From: Zancudomyces culisetae HAW-14-8
Lineage: Eukaryota > Fungi > Kickxellomycota
NCBI GenBank assembly: GCA_052426225.1
Contig: JBNJNM010000015.1
Coordinates: forward strand, 310,001 to 374,000
DNA: 64,000 nt
Direction: 5' to 3'
The notes beneath the pieces are model-generated. The model was not told the DNA's origin. It saw only the letters and a list, made by a program, of their open reading frames with translations, and made no database searches. Position numbers and translations under genes: made by a program. Shown in pieces: positions 59,386-64,000 of this stretch. Each line of letters begins with the position of its first letter. Position 1 is the stretch's first letter.

Positions 59386-59983
59386 ACACGGAACTATGTG
59401 CTGTACTAGTAAAATACACCCAGCAGCATACTAACACAAACCAACTTGCATAAATTAATCTCATGTAACTGATTTGCACAAAAGGAAAAGTTTTCCAAGA
59501 TCCATAAATGTGAGAGAATTGGTATCCTGCCATAGGCTTCCTGTTTAACCATAGCTTACTTCCGAATCTTCTATTAAGCAAGAAGATAAAAGAAAATGTA
59601 AAGGCTCATTTAAATGTTATTGCGCCAAGTATTCACTGCCCCCCCCCCTTTTTTTCGTATTTATAATCATAAAATGTATGTGTGAGTAAGTTCTAGAAAT
59701 AAGATCCAAAGAGCCTATGTATTTGTACGAATTATTCTCTTCAAATGTCATAGCATAGTAAAGCGACAAGTAGATACAGTAGAACAGATGGTGTTTTTAT
59801 TTCCGAGCTTTTAACCCAAAACAGAATCTATTATGCAATTATAAAAATAAATAATCCTAATAAACTCAGTAGCGTGTATACATGGTATATAGGCACTCGG
59901 GTAGTAGTAAAAACCTTATACGGCCTTTATTATTTCTCATACTTTTATAGTGGGTATAAAGAAAACCGAAACAACAGAGAGGT

Positions 59984-61679
59984 TTATTTGGAGTACTTGG
60001 CTGGCAAAAATGGCATTTTAACAATTTCAGCTGTTTGAATTCGTTTTCTTATCTGGACTTTTACTTTAGATCCCACCTTATTCATTCCGTTTTTAACATA
60101 CCCCATAGCTATCTTTTTACCCAAAGATGGCGAGGGAATGCCGCTAGTAACCATCCCGATTTGTGCATTTCCTTCACTATCCAAGATTGGTGCATGTTCT
60201 AAATTGTATTCATCCACCAAATGTTATATAGATATTTAAACTTCGAGATAAAATTAGTTGCGTTATACTAAATATCGCTGAAAATAAAGTAAATACCTCT
60301 AGCTGGTGCTCCTTCTAATATAACCAGGCCAACACGACGTCTTTCCCCAGACTTGTTCTTTATTTGATCCATAACAACCTCGCTTCCGGCAAAGTTCTTT
60401 AAGTTTCTCCTTCTCTTTCCAATAGTCCAAACCAATCCTGCCTCAACAGGGGTGGTGGTCTCGTCTATATCATTGCCGTAAAGACACAATCCTGCTTCAA
60501 TTCGCAAACTGTCCCGAGCTGCGAGACCCGCAAGCCTCAAGTCGTTGTTTTCAAGTAATTGTTTTGTAAACGCGGTGACACTGTCCGCAGGTACTGATAT
60601 CTATATAAATAAACGAAATAAGCAAAAAACATGATATACACAAGTTTAAAAAACCAAAAACCAAAAACCAAACGGTAAGGCTGAAACAATAATACATATT
60701 AAACGCATAGATTTCAAATTACCTCAAATCCATCCTCACCAGTGTATCCAGATCGTGCAAGATGTACAGAAACACCTGCTACATCCACTTGCTTTCCCGT
60801 CATAAATTTCATGTTGTCTAGTGGATAGCTCGTGAGGCTTTGGAGAATCTTGCTCGCCTTTGGACCTGTATATTATTAGCAATCATAGGCAAATATAAGT
60901 AATTGATAATACTAGAAGTATTAAACGCTCACTCGGTTCTCCACAAGAAAAAGAGGTAGATACAAAAAAAAATATCCTCACCTTGTATGGCAACTAAACC
61001 ATATTTGTCGCTGAGATTTTCAATGACGATTTCTCCCTTTCCTTGGCTTTCAAACTCCTTCTTCTTAGCTAGTATGTGTTTCAAATCCTTTTCTGCGTTT
61101 CCAGCGTTGCATACAACATATATATGATCTTCATGTTTCGTAACAATAAGATCGTCAATGATACCACCCTTTCCATTTAGCATCAATGACAATGTACCGC
61201 TGCCAGTAGATAGTTCCTTAAAATCTGCAACTACTAGTTCTTCAATGAAATCTTCGCGTGTTGGGCCGCTTATCTTCAACTGCATCATATGTGATACGTC
61301 AAATAGCGAAGCGTTTTCACGGGTCCACAGGTGTGAATCTAATGCAGATAGATCAGAGTACTGTAAAGGCATACTCCAACCTCCGAAGGGAACCATTTTT
61401 CCACCCTTTGAGACATGTAGATCATATAGCGGTGTAGTTTTCGGTGCCTCTATTTATTTTAGGAATTCTTTATTCACTTGGTTAATGTCCCTTTTTTCCA
61501 AATCGTAAATAGCGTATTTCTTTTTGTATAATTCGTCTAAAGTGCTCTACAACAATGGACCATATCTTTATAACTTAACATGGGGATGACTTACGCGTTG
61601 TGTTGTATCTAAGCGCACGGACAAGATACTGGTTTATCACCGGCTTTATGTTGGCTGCTCTCAAGACTTTTAGGCTCAT
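59984..61679 (-). CDS. GCV1: Glycine cleavage system T protein (aminomethyltransferase); 5 exons
   Basis: Presequence exon 61679-61595, then [47 protein letters not shown]|[13 protein letters not shown]|[40 protein letters not shown]. Confidence 0.96.
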
Positions 61680-62454
61680 TGTGTTTTGATTGAGGTTGAT
61701 ATTTTGGTGTTTGTTTTTTCGGTTTTGTAAAGCTGTTTGTAAAGTTTAGTGGTTATCTCGGTGAATGCTTTTAGTGGGAGCAACTTGGGTTTATATTGAA
61801 AAGTAGGTGTTGCGTTGCTTCTCAACTAATCAACTAAACCATTTGAAAATGTTGAATAGTTCTCCACTTCCCCCATTTTTTTTCATTATTTTCATTTTTT
61901 TATCACAAATTCAGGTGGTGATAAAAAAGTGGCAAAGGCTATTTGCAAAACAGTCGGAGTATTTTGATTTATCCGCGAATTTCTGTGTAAATTTGCTTTT
62001 ACATGTTCTTTTTTTTTAATTAGGGGGTGCGGGGAATAAAGACCAAACGACCGGGTGGAAATTTCTAAATCAAGCAAATTGCAGCAATTTCCACCGAGTT
62101 TTTTTTTTTTGATAGTATCCAAGATACATGGTGGAAAGAGCAAAAGATAAACTGTAACCAATATGTGTACGAGATAGGACTATACTTGTATGATATTCTC
62201 AATAGTATGCTAGCGAGGTGAAGGCAAAGGTAGCAGATTGAGATCATATGGTGTTTAGGTTTTTCTATAAAATGTCGGATATTGATCTACATCTATATTG
62301 AATCAACTCTTAATACAAGAAATACAGGAGTCAGCAGCACAAGTTGTGCATCCTGTGGTTAAATAATTAAGATCAACGGATAAACAGTACTTGTCATCCA
62401 AAAATAGATAAATACAAAGTCATGGTAAACAGAGTGATGCCATTTAAATAATTC

Positions 62455-63496
62455 TTAATAAAATATTTTATCACTTGGTGCATACATCTTTGTGTACAAC
62501 CTGACTAGGGAGTTGTACCCTATTTTGTCACCACATCTAAGCAGGTTCGCTATATCCAAAGTACAGATAATACAATCGTGAGTTTTGTCATTTACACTTC
62601 AATCTTCGCATTTTTTTAAGCGAGCCCATTAATCGGGATAAAACGAATACATATTATAGAAATTAGAGGGTTTAATGTTTATACATAAACTATCGCATCC
62701 AAAATAGTTGCTTTGACAGCTGCCGTACCTGCATCACAGTTGAGTGGACTGTTTGGCTCAGGATCGACCATTAACGAGTGGATGGCAGTACATATGGTTT
62801 TTATTGTCCAAACTGGCGACCACTGATCTTTTAGAATATCAAGACAAATTTCTCCTGTCTATTATACCAAGATTCTCTGTTATATAACTGAATGGAAGTT
62901 AATAATGCGAGCCTCCTATTCCTCCTCATACTATCCATTCTGATTATAAATATATACCCATAAAATTTACCTCTAAATGAACATTTGGATGACATACTGT
63001 TGTTACAAAGTTAACACTCGGTGGATTCATGGGGTACGTTTCGGGTACAGCTATGCTTAACTCAAATAAACCACCTATTTCATAGTTATGTTTTTTTAGA
63101 CATGTTTAATAAGTACCCGAAATAGATTTTCTCGTACAGTTATTAGTGTGCCAGTCATTTTCAGATATCAAGGCAATGTTATAAATACTTTAACGCTCAG
63201 TGTATATGGTTCGTATATATACCCGATCCAGAAAAATATATATTCACATTCCCATTCACATTCTTGATATTGTTTTTATCTCCAGTCTCATTTAATTCTC
63301 TGCCCATATCGTCTTTTTTTAGTTATTTTCTACCGTTTATCCGCTTACCTTGATATGGTGAACCATCAGGTCCCCTTAGAATTGCCTTCCAGGCTGTTAT
63401 ATCATCTTCTGACGGCTGCAGGTAGGCAATTTCTGCTGGTTTGTTTTTTTCTAGATTTCTGAGCTCTTGCTGCAATCTTCGTAAAAAAGTACTCAT
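62455..63496 (-). CDS. PEX4: Peroxin Pex4, E2 ubiquitin-conjugating enzyme; 4 exons
   Basis: Rebuilt: MSTFLRRLQQEL...GPDGSPYQ|GGLFEL...YPMNPP...CHPNVHLE|TGEICLDILKDQWSPVWT...PEPNSPLNCDA|ANLLRCGDKIGYNSLVRLYTKMYA. The SPLNCDA(A/G)NLLR-xGDxxGYxS tail is Pex4-typical. Confidence 0.88.
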
Positions 63497-64000
63497 TATT
63501 GCGGCTATTTCTGTCGCTTTCTTATCTAGCCAAGTCTTCAAAATGATATATTAAATTATGAGGATATAAACCTGTAAAGGGACACGTCCATTTATTTCAT
63601 ATATATTGTTTATTCGCCTTTTCTATAAACCAGTAATTTTTCACATTCGTGATTTCTAATCAACCAAAACGTTTGAAACTGGAATGCTTGGGCCAGTTTG
63701 AAATCAAAAGATTTACCAGTTTTTTTTCAGCACCTCGGAAAAACTAATGCGCATGAGAAGCGAAGCCAATGTGGTAAAGGTTCAGAATGTACCACAACAC
63801 AGGTTCCATGATGTAGTGAATCGCTAATTAGATAAAGTTAGCTAGTTAGCAGGCATTGTGCACAAACTCAACATTTTACAATAACTCATCTTGGTGGTGT
63901 ACTGAACCGATAAGGACAAAAAAGACTTGGGAAAAACACCCCTTTTATATTATGATAGTTATTACTTTATCACTTTCATTATGCTTGTACGTTAAAAGTT

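Noticed and set aside
59177-59581. 134-aa ORF with a polyproline run
   Set aside because: The polyproline is just the G40 tract read on the minus strand; non-ATG start.
1-64000. Transposons, CRISPR arrays, rRNA, a secondary-metabolite or peroxisomal gene cluster
   Set aside because: No RT/transposase/LTR/TIR or spaced repeats seen. The peroxisome-related genes (ACSS3-SKM, Pxp2-like, PEX4) are more than 20 kb apart among unrelated housekeeping genes.

Overview
AT-rich, intron-containing eukaryotic DNA from a fungus. The fused alpha/beta TRP5, DUG1, SEC65-type SRP19, CYC8 and PSP1 point to fungi. An early-diverging lineage (Zoopagomycota/Harpellales-like) is my inference from composition and gene style, not proven. 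I find about 21 protein-coding loci: CYC8/SSN6 (partial), two tandem MAPEG GSTs, an ACSS3/PrpE-type acyl-CoA synthetase, a 3-TM orphan, TRP5, JJJ1/DNAJC21, DUG1, a MAT2B/RmlD-like gene, SRP19, MGE1, MSF1, an AhpD/PXP2-like gene, prefoldin 6, ATP23, a 9-exon DUF2415-type WD40 gene, a secreted Kex2-site orphan, a large PHD-finger protein, PAB1, PSP1, GCV1 and PEX4. There is also a tRNA-Lys(TTT) and a U3 snoRNA hidden under a spurious ORF. Several genes are missing or fragmented in the ORF track and were rebuilt by hand from splice signals. No transposon, CRISPR array or rRNA was seen. The most unusual signals are: (1) a strong purine-to-pyrimidine strand-skew flip centred inside regulatory genes, affecting synonymous sites, protein composition and flanks; (2) a U3 with a divergent box A; (3) a possible dual-targeted acyl-CoA synthetase (PTS1 plus upstream non-AUG extension); (4) a secreted prepro-protein orphan. 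All calls were made by eye and no searches were run.
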